Source: Balanoglossus misakiensis
Lineage: Eukaryota; Animalia; Hemichordata
DNA length: 64,000 bases
Reading direction: 5' to 3'
Assembly (NCBI GenBank): GCA_040954595.2
Contig: CM082585.2
Span: 3,006,902-3,070,901 of the forward strand
In this document: one piece after another, positions 13,821 to 26,768 of the stretch
Numbering within the stretch: position 1 is the stretch's first letter
How the letters are laid out: each line of letters begins with the position of its first letter
Notes under the pieces: generated by a model
What the model saw: only the letters and a program-made list of their open reading frames with translations
The model's database searches: none
Told to the model about the DNA's origin: nothing
Position numbers and translations under genes: made by a program

Positions 13821-14627
13821 GGCTGCATTCACAAACACCTCTGGAGGGGGGGGGGCGGGAGAATTCATTTTTTTTACCGTTAATTTTCACATGCCCCCCT
13901 CAACAACCCGAAATATTTTCAAATCCCCCCCTTCCGAACTGCTAAAATTTTCAAATCCCCCCCCCATTTTCTTTCACACAGCAAAACACATCACCAATCT
14001 ATCTTGTAAAAAAGAAAAACAGCGCTCCCATGAAAAGAATTTGAAACTGATGTTTCCCCTCATCAGTGGGTATTAAAACTGAACATTGTTTTTATTTTTT
14101 AAGTATCTGTATTCTGTGTTGGGAGACATTGTAAACCAAGAATTGAAGGGGGTGGGTTTGGGAGGGGGTGTCCCCCTCCCACGTAAGAAAATTTTATAAA
14201 ATGCAGAGCTCAAAGCTGCATTTTAATGAACCTGGCAAAAGCACATTTAACTCAACTACCGGTATGTTGGGGATGACAAATTTAACCGCCGCCGCTCAAA
14301 GTTATCATGGGGTGGGGGCAAGTCCCCTGACCTGGGACACCAGATAAACCAGTCAATGTTTGAAAGGTGTTGATAAATGGAGGGGGTGGGTGTGGGAGGG
14401 GGTGTCCCCCTTTTTACATTAGAAAATTTTGTAAAATAAAGGGCGCGAAACTGCATTTTTGTGGACTCAAAATAAATATTTAGTCGTCAAAGTTTTCAAG
14501 TCCCCCCCCTTTCAGTCCCTAAATTTTTTCAAATCCCCCCCCTTACATACCCTCAATTTTTTCAAATCCCCCCCCCCCTCAATTCTCCTGCCCCCCCCCC
14601 CCTCCAGAGGTGTTTGTGAATGCAGCC
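13821..14627. mobile_element. PIF/Harbinger-like MITE
   Basis: Perfect TIR GGCTGCATTCACAAACACCTCTGGAGGGGGGGGG, with a TAA TSD at 13818-13820 and 14628-14630. Confidence 0.8.
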
Positions 14628-14838
14628 TAAGTAAAATACGAGGCCGCTCCAATATTGTATTTGGGTACTGAATTTGTGAGTCCTGCCTATTCTAACGATA
14701 AAATCTCACAACATATATCTCGTGGGGGAAATAATCCGGCTCAGTAAAATACGACGCCGCTCCAAAATTGTTGCAAGATAATGAATTTTTTTATTCCTGC
14801 CTCTTCTAACGAAAAATAAGAAGACTGTTCATGTGATA

Positions 14839-15003
14839 GATATATAATCCCATGATATCTTTCTTTGTTTAACGTCATCGGATACTCGTGGTTTTCGCGG
14901 AAGTGTACAACTTCTCACCTACGGCTCGAAGTTGCACTGCTCCCCGAAAACAATTCGTATACGATGACATCAAACAAAGAAAGATATCATGGGATTATAT
15001 ATA
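14839..15003. repeat. Long imperfect palindrome (Crypton-like hairpin remnant)
   Basis: TATATAATCCCATGATATCTTTCTTTGTTT..GTCATCG pairs with CGATGAC..AAACAAAGAAAGATATCATGGGATTATATA around a CTCACCTACGGCTCG loop. Confidence 0.7.
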
Positions 15004-15424
15004 AATATACATCGAATCTGTCATCAAAGCTTACTCTAGACGAATCTTTCAAGGGAAGATTTGCAGGGAGCACTCAGCAAACCACTTAGTCAGGTATATC
15101 ACGCAACTGACTGAACAAAACACTTGTTCTCAAATTGTGGTAAGTATAAATATCTACTCTGTGTGCGGACTTCGACACGCAATTGTATGTACACGAACAA
15201 TTCATTTTCGTAGTCTAAAAGTGAAATCAAGGCTTGAAAATTCGACTACGTTTCTCAACATGGAACTTTTACGCCTAGATGTGCACGGCGTCTCGTCATT
15301 TACCGGTGAAGTTACATTACAAAATATCAAATGTCACATCAGAAATCATCATAGTCAATTTTGCCTTATTTTTTTTAAAATCCCTCTTTCTCGGCGTTAT
15401 TCCAGATTTAATGACGCATACATT

Positions 15425-16249
15425 ATGAAAGCAGTTTGGTGTTTTTGCTGCTTGGTTTTAATCACCAATGGAGATACGATGATGGTATGGACGCGTACAA
15501 CTAGTACGGGCTTTGGAACGACAACCTTGAGATCCACTGGAATGACGAGCATGAAACAGGAGGACTTCACGAGCAGTTCGTCTTTGACAAAACTATCTCG
15601 ACGGACCACCAGAATCACGAAGACTGTGCCAATATCTCCACCAAGCATTACACCACAGCCCAGCCTAACCTTAAATCTAGCGACGAGTCATCCAACATTG
15701 CAGTCGACGTCAACGATTGAAGACCCCTTTTCCGACAACGGAAGACCTCCGGCAAGAACCACTCGACCCAAGTCTCAAGATACGAAAACCTCAACAACAA
15801 CGGCGGAATCCTTCTCACCGTCATCGGTGACACGTTTCCGACTGCCGGTGACGTCAAGCAGCACAGCCGCACCAACTCTATCTCCTCGAAATTATTATTT
15901 GGATGCAGAATCACTGCAGTGCCGTTATCCAAACTCGGCGGGATTTCGCATGGACTCGTGCCTCACGCCGAGCGGCCTGGTTTGTAACGGCCCCGCCACC
16001 GTGAAGCTGAGAAACCATAAAATACAATATGCAGCTGTGAGCCTGAATGCTTAGTGCGTGAAGACTGCTGTCACGATTACATAGACAGATGCTTTGGTGA
16101 CATTAGACAGGTGCCTGACCCCGGTGAAATATGGGTGCCAGAATACTGTATGCGCGCCACTGGTGAGAGGTTCGATGTTATGACGACGCACAAATGTCCC
16201 AGAGACTGGCCACACGAGAATGTCCGACAACAGTGTGAAAACGCCAGTG
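15425..16249 (+). CDS. Secretin/adhesion-class GPCR exon 1: signal peptide, Ser/Thr-rich stalk, somatomedin-B-like motif; one frameshift near 16020
   Basis: MKAVWCFCCLVLITNG signal peptide and Thr/Ser-rich stretch. CSCEPECLVREDCCHDY lies in a different frame from the upstream ORF. Phase-1 donor G|GTAAGT at 16249/16250. Confidence 0.7.
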
Positions 16250-16734
16250 GTAAGTAAGACACATCTTACCTTAGTCAGTTTGACTTTTTTGGCTCTACAC
16301 TTAGCAAAACAGCTAGACTATACACGCGCAAGGTGCCCGCCTGTCACGTCTATTAATGAACAGGGGAAACATCATCAAGTGCCGGTCTGTTAGTATAAGT
16401 GTGTTCGCGTCGCGTTTCCATGGGGCGATTGAACCTCGCGCATTTCATCATTTTTTCTAACTATTAATTTATAAAGCATTACATGTAAATGGATGTCTTT
16501 ACACTGAAGGTGCTTAAATCAAATTTCACGACAAATGATCCAATATTTCCATTTTTCACCTGTCCTTGTTATGTAAAAATCAAACCGCCAATACTGCGAT
16601 TGTTACAAACTAGAAACACAAGGGTTCTGTAATACAAGTTATCTGGGTAAAAGTTCGAATCGAAGAGGACAACTCGAATTCCGACTCCCGGGCCTTGCTA
16701 ACAAAGTAAAATATGTGTTGCATTTTCTTTACAG

Positions 16735-19040
16735 ATGCGTCCGTTTTTGATGTGACCCCAGTTATTGACTATGTCGGTGAAATGGTGTACAACAATATCC
16801 ACTGCGCTATTTGCAATGGTGTGAATGAATCAAGCCTGCACTTTTCGTCGTTGTTGTGGAAGTGCATTGAAGACATAATGTTGCACGATTTCAGCTCGAA
16901 TATTTCCTCTTCTATTTCCTTCGCGATGTCATCAGAAGTGTGTTCAATGATGCCGAATATTGAGGCCGATCTCAGGCACGGTGTAAATGAATGTTTCAGG
17001 CCCATAGACACATGCCCTGCTAATTACCACAACGACACAATTGTTGATCTGTGTCACAGTTATTCAGCAGTAGTTGGGGTATTCATATTAAGCGGGAGAG
17101 CTAGGGGATATAAGTATTACAAGAACATTCATTGTGCAATATGCGATGACGTTGCAATCAATCCTTCATATGTAACATGCGGTTTACCGCCTCTTGAATG
17201 GATAGTCTCTTTCCGAGTCCCCACCTTTGATATATTGTTTGACTTCAACGCACAGGGAGAACATCGACTGTCTACTTCGAGAGCCACTAGAGTTCAAGAG
17301 CAATGGAGCTGCGAACATGGCCGAATATTTGATATGTTCCAAGGAAAATGCATTTTGAGACACGTCTTTGATTACTACAATTTGGACACGAAATTGGAAA
17401 TGAATCCTCTATCAGAACGGGCAGAGCTGAATGACTTCTTTGTAACGTCAGCTCACGATAGACAGCCCGCCATTTTGCTCACTTTCCGCGTTACTTTGCC
17501 ATCGCTGAAAGTGGAAGCGTGCGACTTGTTCAGCCTCAAAGAAACCGTGACGTCACTGGTACGAAATTTGTCCGTTATTTACGCACACAACATTTCCAAC
17601 TCACATTACAATTGTGACAGAACAGAGGATTTTGATGATTTACTTGTCACTCTGTCTCTTGTAGTTCAGGTTGACTCAAATTTTACCGGTGATTTTCTCC
17701 CAACAGCGTGTGCGACAACCTGGTTTCAAGTAGGCTCAGAAATGCTGCCGCTGGGCTTTGTCGTCAGGTCGGTCACTTTTGAAATGTTGAAACCCGGTTG
17801 TAGTAACAAAACCGAACAAGTCACATTTAAGAGTCGCATATTTAAGTACACCAATATGACTGTAAATGAAGAACTAATGGCTAACATAACATGGAAATAC
17901 AGCTCCCAACCATTTGTGTCTAAAACATGTCATTACACTCATAAAAGTCCAGCCTCACCAGATATAGAACTAATGGTCACAATGTGCAAATCTCCGAACA
18001 GAAACGTTGATGATTTTATAACGAGTTGTACAGGAGTGATTTTGAGATTTTCTGAAGGCAATTTCCATGTAAGCGACGACATTCTTTCGGTTGAATCGTC
18101 AGTTTATCCAAAGGGAAAGTTTGTTCTATCGAAACACCGTTCCCAAGCCTTCGTGTGTCAGTCCAAGAAAAGAATGACCACGTTTTGGAACAAGAAGTCA
18201 AAAACAAAACAGAAACAGCTATTAACGCTCGTTGGCTGTATTCTGTCCATAGTCTGTCTTTCCGTCACAACCATCACAATCTCTCTTTTCAAACAAATGA
18301 GGACTCGTCCAGGAAAGATTATACTAAACCTGGCCATAGCACTTTTGATCGCACAGCTGTTGTTTATCACGGTCTTAGACCGGACAGCGAATGCATGGCT
18401 GTGCAAAACAGCTGCTATTATATCGCACTACATTTGGCTGGCAGCATTCTGTTGGATGAGTGTTATGGCCTTTGACATCGTGTACATGCGCACACAACTG
18501 ACACTGGCCGATTTGGGGAATAGCAACATATTGTTGTACTACTGTCTGTATGCCTGGTTCCTACCATTTGTTTTCGTTGGAGTCTGTGTAGTGATCGATC
18601 ATACTGCTCCGTATGGTTTTCGAGTTGGTTACAGTGAGGGTCCTGTATGTTGGATCGGTAGGCTGACGCCTTTGATTGTCACGTTCCTCGGCCCTGTTAC
18701 CTTCATTGTTCTTTTCAATTTCGTTTGCTTAATATATACCGTGTTCTCCATGTTAGCCTCGGAAAGAGAAATGAAAAAGCACCGACAGACATCGTACACG
18801 GCTCAACATGTAATCTTTTCTATCAAGATGTCTACTGTTATGGGGTTGACATGGATTATTGGTTTTGTGGACGGCTTCTTTCAGGCCGATGCTTTAGATT
18901 ACATTTTCATTCTTGCCAATACCTTGCAGGGTGTTTTCATTTTCGGGGCGTTTCTGCTACGCATGGGAACAGTCGGGCTGTATCGTGGCCTGTGTTGTAA
19001 AACCGAAGGAGGGTCTAACATCAGCTCGCGTACTGGCTAA
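16735..19040 (+). CDS. Secretin/adhesion-class (family B, 7tm_2-like) GPCR exon 2: Cys-rich ectodomain and 7TM
   Basis: The acceptor TTTCTTTACAG|AT at 16734 matches phase 1. Repeated YxNIHCAIC motifs. TM region with GCILSIVCL, NLAIAL, HYIWLAAFCWMSVMAFD, CWI, MGLTWIIG and NTLQGVFIF, typical of family B GPCRs. Confidence 0.9.
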
Positions 19041-19264
19041 GGTGGGAACACCAGCTGTCATAACGGGTTTGCTAATTCTCCCTACCTTTAATAGGTTTTT
19101 GCTACCTAGGTGAGTGAGGAAAACCTCGTATGGTCGACACAATTTCAAGATGGCCGATTTTTGCCATGTTTAAGAAATTAAAGTTCCTAAGCTAAAGTGA
19201 AACTGGGTCATTCTGAAACTTATAGTATCAAAAATATATGAAATTTAGTCAACATATCATTTGT

Positions 19265-20855
19265 TAGGTCCCATTGGTATAGGCATATATACCATGGGAC
19301 CTTATGGGATCGGTTGCGTCTGTATGTATGTATGGATGTATGGATGGATGGATGGATGTATGTCTGTATGTCCGTCCACATCAAAAACTTGAAAACCGCT
19401 GCGCGTATCACCTCAATATTTGGTGTGTAGGTGCAGGCTGGGCTGTAGATGGGAGTTTGTCCAAACGAAGTTGCCAGGCCCAAAAATATGCAAATTAGCT
19501 GGAAAAATGTGAAATTTATCAAAACTCTGAAAGTCAACAACTACTCGTCAGATTGCTTTAAAAATTGGTATGCATGTACCATATGTCAACCTCACATCGA
19601 CCTGTAAGTGTTAATATCATCAATGTTTTATTTTTTATGAATTTTTTAGTCTTTTTATTAAATTTATACCTTTACTTATACCTCTATGGTTAAGCTATGT
19701 CCACATCTTATTGTGGAATTCTGGTCTGTGCAATAGTCCTGTACAGTGACTGTCTATTGGTCAGTGAGCACAATGGGGCCAAAATAAAAGGCAAAATTTT
19801 GGGCTCACCTGTAACACCTGCTTAACACATTAATTATGTGCATATCTAATTCCGGGCTAACTAATAGGGCTAGAGGTTTCGTTCTTGTGGGACATGGACC
19901 AGTATAGGGTCAAAATTTCTTGCCCAAATTTTGGGTGACCTCAGGTGACCTTTGACCTACTTTCCTATATCTCGGCATCCAGAGCAGGTACAGACTTGGC
20001 GTTTGGAGGGTTGGGACTAAAATTGAAAAGCCAAAATATTGGTCACCTGTGACACCTGCATATCTCATTTATTATGTGCATACCTAATTCCAGGCTAACC
20101 AATAGGGCTATAGGTTTGGTTTTTGTTGAACATGGACCAGTATAGGGTCAAAATTTCTTGCCCAAATTTTGCATGAGTTCAGGTGACCTTTGACCTACTT
20201 TACCATTTCTTGGCATCCAGAGCAGGTACAGACTTGGCGTTTGGAGGGTTGGGACTAAAATTGAAAAGCCAAAATTTGGGGTCACCTGTGACACCTGCAT
20301 ATCTCATTAATTATGTGCATACCTAATTCCAGGCTAACCAATAGGGCTATAGGTTTGGTTTTTGTTGAACCTGGACCAGTATAGGGTCAAAATTTCTTGC
20401 CCAAATTTTGCATGACCTCAGGTGACCTTTGACCTACTTTATCATATCTTGACATCCAGAGCAGGTATAGACTTGGCGTTTGGAGGGTTGGGACTAAAAC
20501 TGAAAAGCCAAAATTGGGGGTCACCTGTGACACCTGCATATCTCATTAATTATGTGCATACCTAATTCCAGGCTAACCAATAGGGCTATAGGTTTGGTTT
20601 TTGTTGAACATGGACCAGTATAGGGTCAAAATTCCATGCCCAAATTTTGCATAACCTCAGGTGACCTTTGACCTACTTTTCCATATCTTGGCATCCAGAG
20701 CAGATATGCTTATTGCTATGTTGCTATGTGCTATGTTGGCTTGGGCCCGATATTGCTGCTTGCAGATCTGCTTGCAATGTCACCTGTAATTTTTATTCTG
20801 GTGTGTCACTGTTTCCGCATAATCCTCAAATGGGACCACAGTGTCCTTGACGCTA
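19265..20855 (+). mobile_element. Helentron-associated non-autonomous element (DINE-1/HINE-like), copy 2, with internal tandem array
   Basis: Same termini as 1591-3216 and a short (TATG/GATG)n tract. Inserted in a T-run of an older repeat whose uninterrupted copy lies inverted at about 54550-54890. Confidence 0.75.
19785..20703. repeat. About 239-bp tandem repeat, roughly 3.8 units
   Basis: CACCTGT(A/G)ACACCTGC recurs at 19806, 20044, 20283 and 20522. Confidence 0.9.
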
Positions 20856-21176
20856 TTTTTCTATCTCTTACTACAGTGAATTTCCACATTTTACCCAGAA
20901 TGCAATTATAATAATGTGATTTGACCCCCTAGCATAAAGTGAAAACATATATACATGATTTAAGGCAGTCAGAATTGCAGCGCCCACTCTTTTGCCTCTT
21001 ATCAAACGATTGTAATTCGAATATGGTGCATACTAGTAACTAACATAAATCGAAGCGACCATGTCTTCGATTTTTTTTGTGTGGTGTGTTTGATGAACTG
21101 TAAGCGATCATCATATTGCCTGCTTGTGAATTCTACCCTCTGTGTGTATCCATTAGGGGATATTGTGCCCCCCCCC

Positions 21177-21211
<35 letters not shown>

Positions 21212-21495
21212 GTGTTTTGTAGGGTATCGACCTGTCATCAATCCAACCGACGCTTTGGAAAAAATAATGTTTCAGGTGATAAACAGTACCACCTTCGTGG
21301 GAATAAAAATGTAAAACGGCTGGGGTGGACCAACATAATAGGAGCGAGTTGTATTTATTTGACAATCTACAAAGGGCCTATTTTATTTTCAGTGGTCGTT
21401 AACGGAAGTTCAATTTTAGAATAAAGATTACACAACAAGCCACAAAAGAAACGATGCTAAAATGTTTATGTAGAAAGAAAATAAAGCAATTGTCG

Positions 21496-21954
21496 ACTAT
21501 GAGGTTATTACGAAAATACCGCAAAGTATGCACGAGGACATTAGCGCTGAGTATCGCCCGACGCGTAGCGGAGGGCGATGCGCTGCGCTAATGTCCGAGT
21601 GCATACTTTGCGGTATTTTCGTAATAACCTTATTATTATACATCTTACATCTCCGTTAGTTCTTGTGTTGCATGTTACTTGGCTGTCAAAACGCCCAAAA
21701 TACCGATACAATCGATCGAAAACCGCTCAGTTGACTCAGTGAGCAGCCATCTTTCTTTTTTGTTTACGTGTGCGCACGTGCGTTGGAATGCGGGCGCCTT
21801 GAAACCGTTCGCATAACAGCGCATACCTGTACACAGTGAGTTTGGGGCGCCTTGAAACTAAGGCTTATTTAACGCGCGTTCCGTACGTACCGTTCCGTAC
21901 GGCTTTTTATTGCACGCCAAAATCTATTGTTCTCGGCACTAGATGTATAATAAT
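21496..21954 (+). mobile_element. Non-autonomous hairpin element (Crypton-like), copy 1
   Basis: About 130-bp palindrome at 21502-21630 with 32-bp perfect outer arms, followed by an inverted pair TTATTATACATC...GATGTATAATAA. Near-identical inverted copy at 52779-53243. No TSD seen. Confidence 0.7.
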
Positions 21955-22497
21955 GTATTTTATTACTGTAATGTATTTCTACGTTGTATTTGTTTGAAAT
22001 AGCTATGATAAGTATAACATATTGTGTCAGACTTTTAAAAATGCTAAGTAGTAGATACCCGAAGACATTTTATAAAATGTTATGCCACATTGATATATCA
22101 GATAAAAGAACAAATCCTACACGAATATGTCATATATTAAAATATTTTTTCAATGTAATCTTCAAGATATAAGGGACAAGAAATTCTTCATGAGAAAATC
22201 TGTATGAATTCATTTGTGGGAAATCTTAAAGATGTTTCTATTGTAATTGTTTTAGCGAAATGTGTATAACTAATTAACTTTCAATGTTAGAGATTCAAAC
22301 GTCACTTGTACCAGAAAAAATACGGTTATATGTATGAAATGATTGAATCATATTGTAATGTCTTTTGTCTGTTATCTACTGTGGATGGGTGGGTGGGCGG
22401 ATGGATGGATGGGTTGTAGAATGCATTTTTGCCCTAATGTTACCCGTTATTTGTACATATATTAAAATCATGATCTTTGACCAGTTATTGTAATTAC

Positions 22498-22760
22498 CTT
22501 CCGTATATATCTGTCGAGAGTTCCGCAATGCAAATCAACAAACCATCCACTCCTCCGTTCTAGCTTTCTCTTGAAACCTATTTCTGGGATGTCCACTGTC
22601 AGGGCAACGGCGCGGAAGCCCGCCCTGTCCTCTCGCCTGACGACATCCTTCGTTATTTCGCGCCAGATGTAAACGTCCTGCCACTTTGGCTCTGCCGGTC
22701 GCGCGGCCGCGACCTCCTCTAGGGATTTTGTGGACGCGGGACTCATCACCAGCAATGCGT
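22498..22760 (-). pseudogene. Orphan exon of an FMN-dependent 2-hydroxyacid oxidase (HAO/glycolate oxidase family)
   Basis: STKSLEEVAAARP..KWQDVYIWREITKDVVRREDRAGFRAVALTVDIP.IG.KR matches the family pattern SLEEVA..WFQLY..D.....LV.RAE.AG..A..LTVD.P..G.R. It ends at a donor AG|GTAAT; no other exons recognised. Confidence 0.7.
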
Positions 22761-22912
22761 TCGGATCTGCTTCAGCAGATCTCGAAAAATTGTTAGCTGG
22801 TGAGAGGCGCTCGGAGAAAATACAAAATTTTCGCGAAGATAATTCCACTTATTAGGCCCTAGGCTAGCCTGGTATCCTGACCGCAGTGTGTTTTAGATTC
22901 ACACACTAGTGT

Positions 22913-23313
<401 letters not shown>

Positions 23314-25144
23314 AAACATATCAGCTTCTTTTATTTCCAAATACACCCAGAAGGATGTATAAATACAATATTTACATAACAATCGTTAAACACATTGCAT
23401 ATGACAGGAAACGTACCGAATGGTCCCTTCACATTACATCACCTTGTCACTAGACAAAACAGCAATTTATATGTCGTATTGCTGGCATCGCATTCTCCAA
23501 ATTTTGTTAGATCCTATTATGGAGCTTATACTGCAATACCTGGCCATAAATTTGGCGTCATATCTACTTAACCCGGTTTTGATAAGCCCTGTAATGAATT
23601 TTTGGTGAACTGTGCCTAGACTGCCGACGATTAAAACGACAACCAATGAGCGATATCCCATGTCGTTTATTTCGAGAGAAAGGGGGTAATATTTGTCGAA
23701 TTTAGCCTGAAAGCATTTTGAGATATGTGCATCAAAGGGGATGGCGATTTCTACTAAAGTTGCTTGCATGTTTTCTTTGTCAACAACAACTATGTCTGGT
23801 CTTTTGTGATGATGCTGGAAAGAAAGGTCATCATTGTCCTTGAACAACTTATGGGTGAGCACTGTATCTTTGACAATTATCATGTTTGGGTTACAACCAG
23901 CGATCTTATATTTCCGTAAATTAAATCAACAGTTCTGTTGTGTCTTTGCTGGTAAATTTTCTGGAATTTAGTGCAACCGTTTAAAACATGGGATGCCGTT
24001 TCGGAGGGATGCTTACAGATTTTGCATGATTTTGATACTGCTCGGGTAGTACAGGGACATGAGGCTTTCACATTGTAAAAGCTGTAAACGGCCTCGCACC
24101 ACAAATGATCTTAGCTTATCATCAATATTATGGTTATTGAGATACGTAGCTGAAATTGAATGAAGAACATTTCCTGCTTCTCTAAGTATTCTCCCCTGAG
24201 AGGACTTTTCCTTAAGATCTTTCTCGTATTGCTTCAACCTGGTTTGTTTATACATTGTGTAAAACTTCTCAGCTGAATCAAATGTTATTGATACCTCTTC
24301 ATCGAGTGACATTTCATAAATATATTTATCACCTCTCCTAAACATGGAGATGGCTTCACGTTTGCACATTTCATGCAGATTTATCCACGTGGACTTTGGC
24401 CAATTAATTTTTGACTGTTTTGTGATATTATTACTGTCATCGAGAGCAAATCCGGCAAAATTTGGGGTGTCATTGCTTGTGCAAACAGCTTTCCGTTTCT
24501 CCATATGTAGATTAAGTGATTGCCTTGCTGCCTGGCGTACATTGGGGTCGTCATTGTTTATAACTGATAAAAAGAATGACAGGTGTTTGGCATAATACAT
24601 GATACGAGGGTTAATTAACCCCATTCCACCAGCTGATTTTGGAGTAAAAAAGAAGGATCTTGATGATGATTGGTTCAAGTCAAACCAATGTCGTATATAA
24701 CTCACAATTTCATCTTCGATCTTTTTTAGATTTCTTTCTGTAAAAATCAAATTGGGATAGTAGAAGTTAAGTTTTGACATACACATTATATTAACAGCAG
24801 AAAGCTTTGCCGAGCTTGGCAAAAGCGAACCGTCTATCTTTGTCAGTGTTTCTTTGAGTTCTGTGATGAGTTTGTCCACTTGTTTTTTATCAGCTGTATT
24901 TTCTATGTTTACATCGTAGCCCAGATATGTATACGTTTGGTGACGCTGATATATCGGTATGGGGGCTTTCTGGATCGATACCACTGTCTTTTCGGTCTGT
25001 GCGTTCTTTTTCCAGTTGTTGCCGGTTCGCTGTCCATGGAGGATGCCACATTTTCGATGTTTTACTTCCATACCGCTTTCATTCATGAATGAGTCGGTCT
25101 TTGAAGCTAGTTCGTGGAGTTCATTCTCTGTTGTTGCAACAAAA

Positions 25145-25145
<1 letters not shown>
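23314..25145 (-). mobile_element. 5'-truncated non-LTR retrotransposon with restriction-like endonuclease (R2/R4/NeSL/Hero group)
   Basis: RT C-terminus (YTYLG, PKSAGGMGL), CCHC knuckle CKICKHPSETASHVLNGC, RHN motif, and PD-(D/E)xK endonuclease RPDIVVVDK...LVEIAIPFD...KFDKY. Two frameshifts (about 24040 and 23880). AATAAA lies just before the (TATG)n junction. Confidence 0.85.
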
Positions 25146-25175
<30 letters not shown>

Positions 25176-26768
25176 CATACATACATACATACATACATAC
25201 ATACAATACATACAATACATACATACATACATACATACATACATACATACATACATACATACATACATACATACATACATACATACATACATACATACAT
25301 ACATACATACATACATACATACATACATACATACATACATACATACATACATACATACATACATACATACATACATACATACATACATACATACATACAT
25401 ACATACATACATACATACATACATACATACATACATACATACATACATACATACATACATACATACATACATACATACATACATACATACATACATACAT
25501 ACATACATACATACATACATACATACATACATACATACATACATACATACATACATACATACATACATACATACATACATACATACATACATACATACAT
25601 ACATACATACATACATACATACATACATACATACATACATACATACATACATACATACATACATACATACATACATACATACATACATACATACATACAT
25701 ACATACATACATACATACATACATACATACATACATACATACATACATACATACATACATACATACATACATACATACATACATACATACATACATACAT
25801 ACATACATACATACATACATACATACATACATACATACATACATACATACATACATACATACATACATACATACATACATACATACATACATACATACAT
25901 ACATACATACATACATACATACATACATACATACATACATACATACATACATACATACATACATACATACATACATACATACATACATACATACATACAT
26001 ACATACATACATACATACATACATACATACATACATACATACATACATACATACATACATACATACATACATACATACATACATACATACATACATACAT
26101 ACATACATACATACATACATACATACATACATACATACATACATACATACATACATACATACATACATACATACATACATACATACATACATACATACAT
26201 ACATACATACATACATACATACATACATACATACATACATACATACATACATACATACATACATACATACATACATACATACATACATACATACATACAT
26301 ACATACATACATACATACATACATACATACATACATACATACATACATACATACATACATACATACATACATACATACATACATACATACATACATACAT
26401 ACATACATACATACATACATACATACATACATACATACATACATACATACATACATACATACATACATACATACATACATACATACATACATACATACAT
26501 ACATACATACATACATACATACATACATACATACATACATACATACATACATACATACATACATACATACATACATACATACATACATACATACATACAT
26601 ACATACATACATACATACATACATACATACATACATACATACATACATACATACATACATACATACATACATACATACATACATACATACATACATACAT
26701 ACATACATACATACATACATACATACATACATACATACATACATACATACATACATACATACATACAT
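25146..26768. repeat. About 1.6-kb nearly perfect (CATA)n array
   Basis: Directly visible; only two small interruptions near 25205-25216. Confidence 0.97.

Noticed and set aside
15137-15424. N-terminal extension of ORF 15137-16054
   Set aside because: It begins at GTG and looks like UTR or intron; the signal peptide starts at ATG 15425.
21178-21207. Poly(A) run as a retrocopy tail
   Set aside because: It follows a poly-C tract with no upstream coding similarity or TSD; simple low-complexity sequence.
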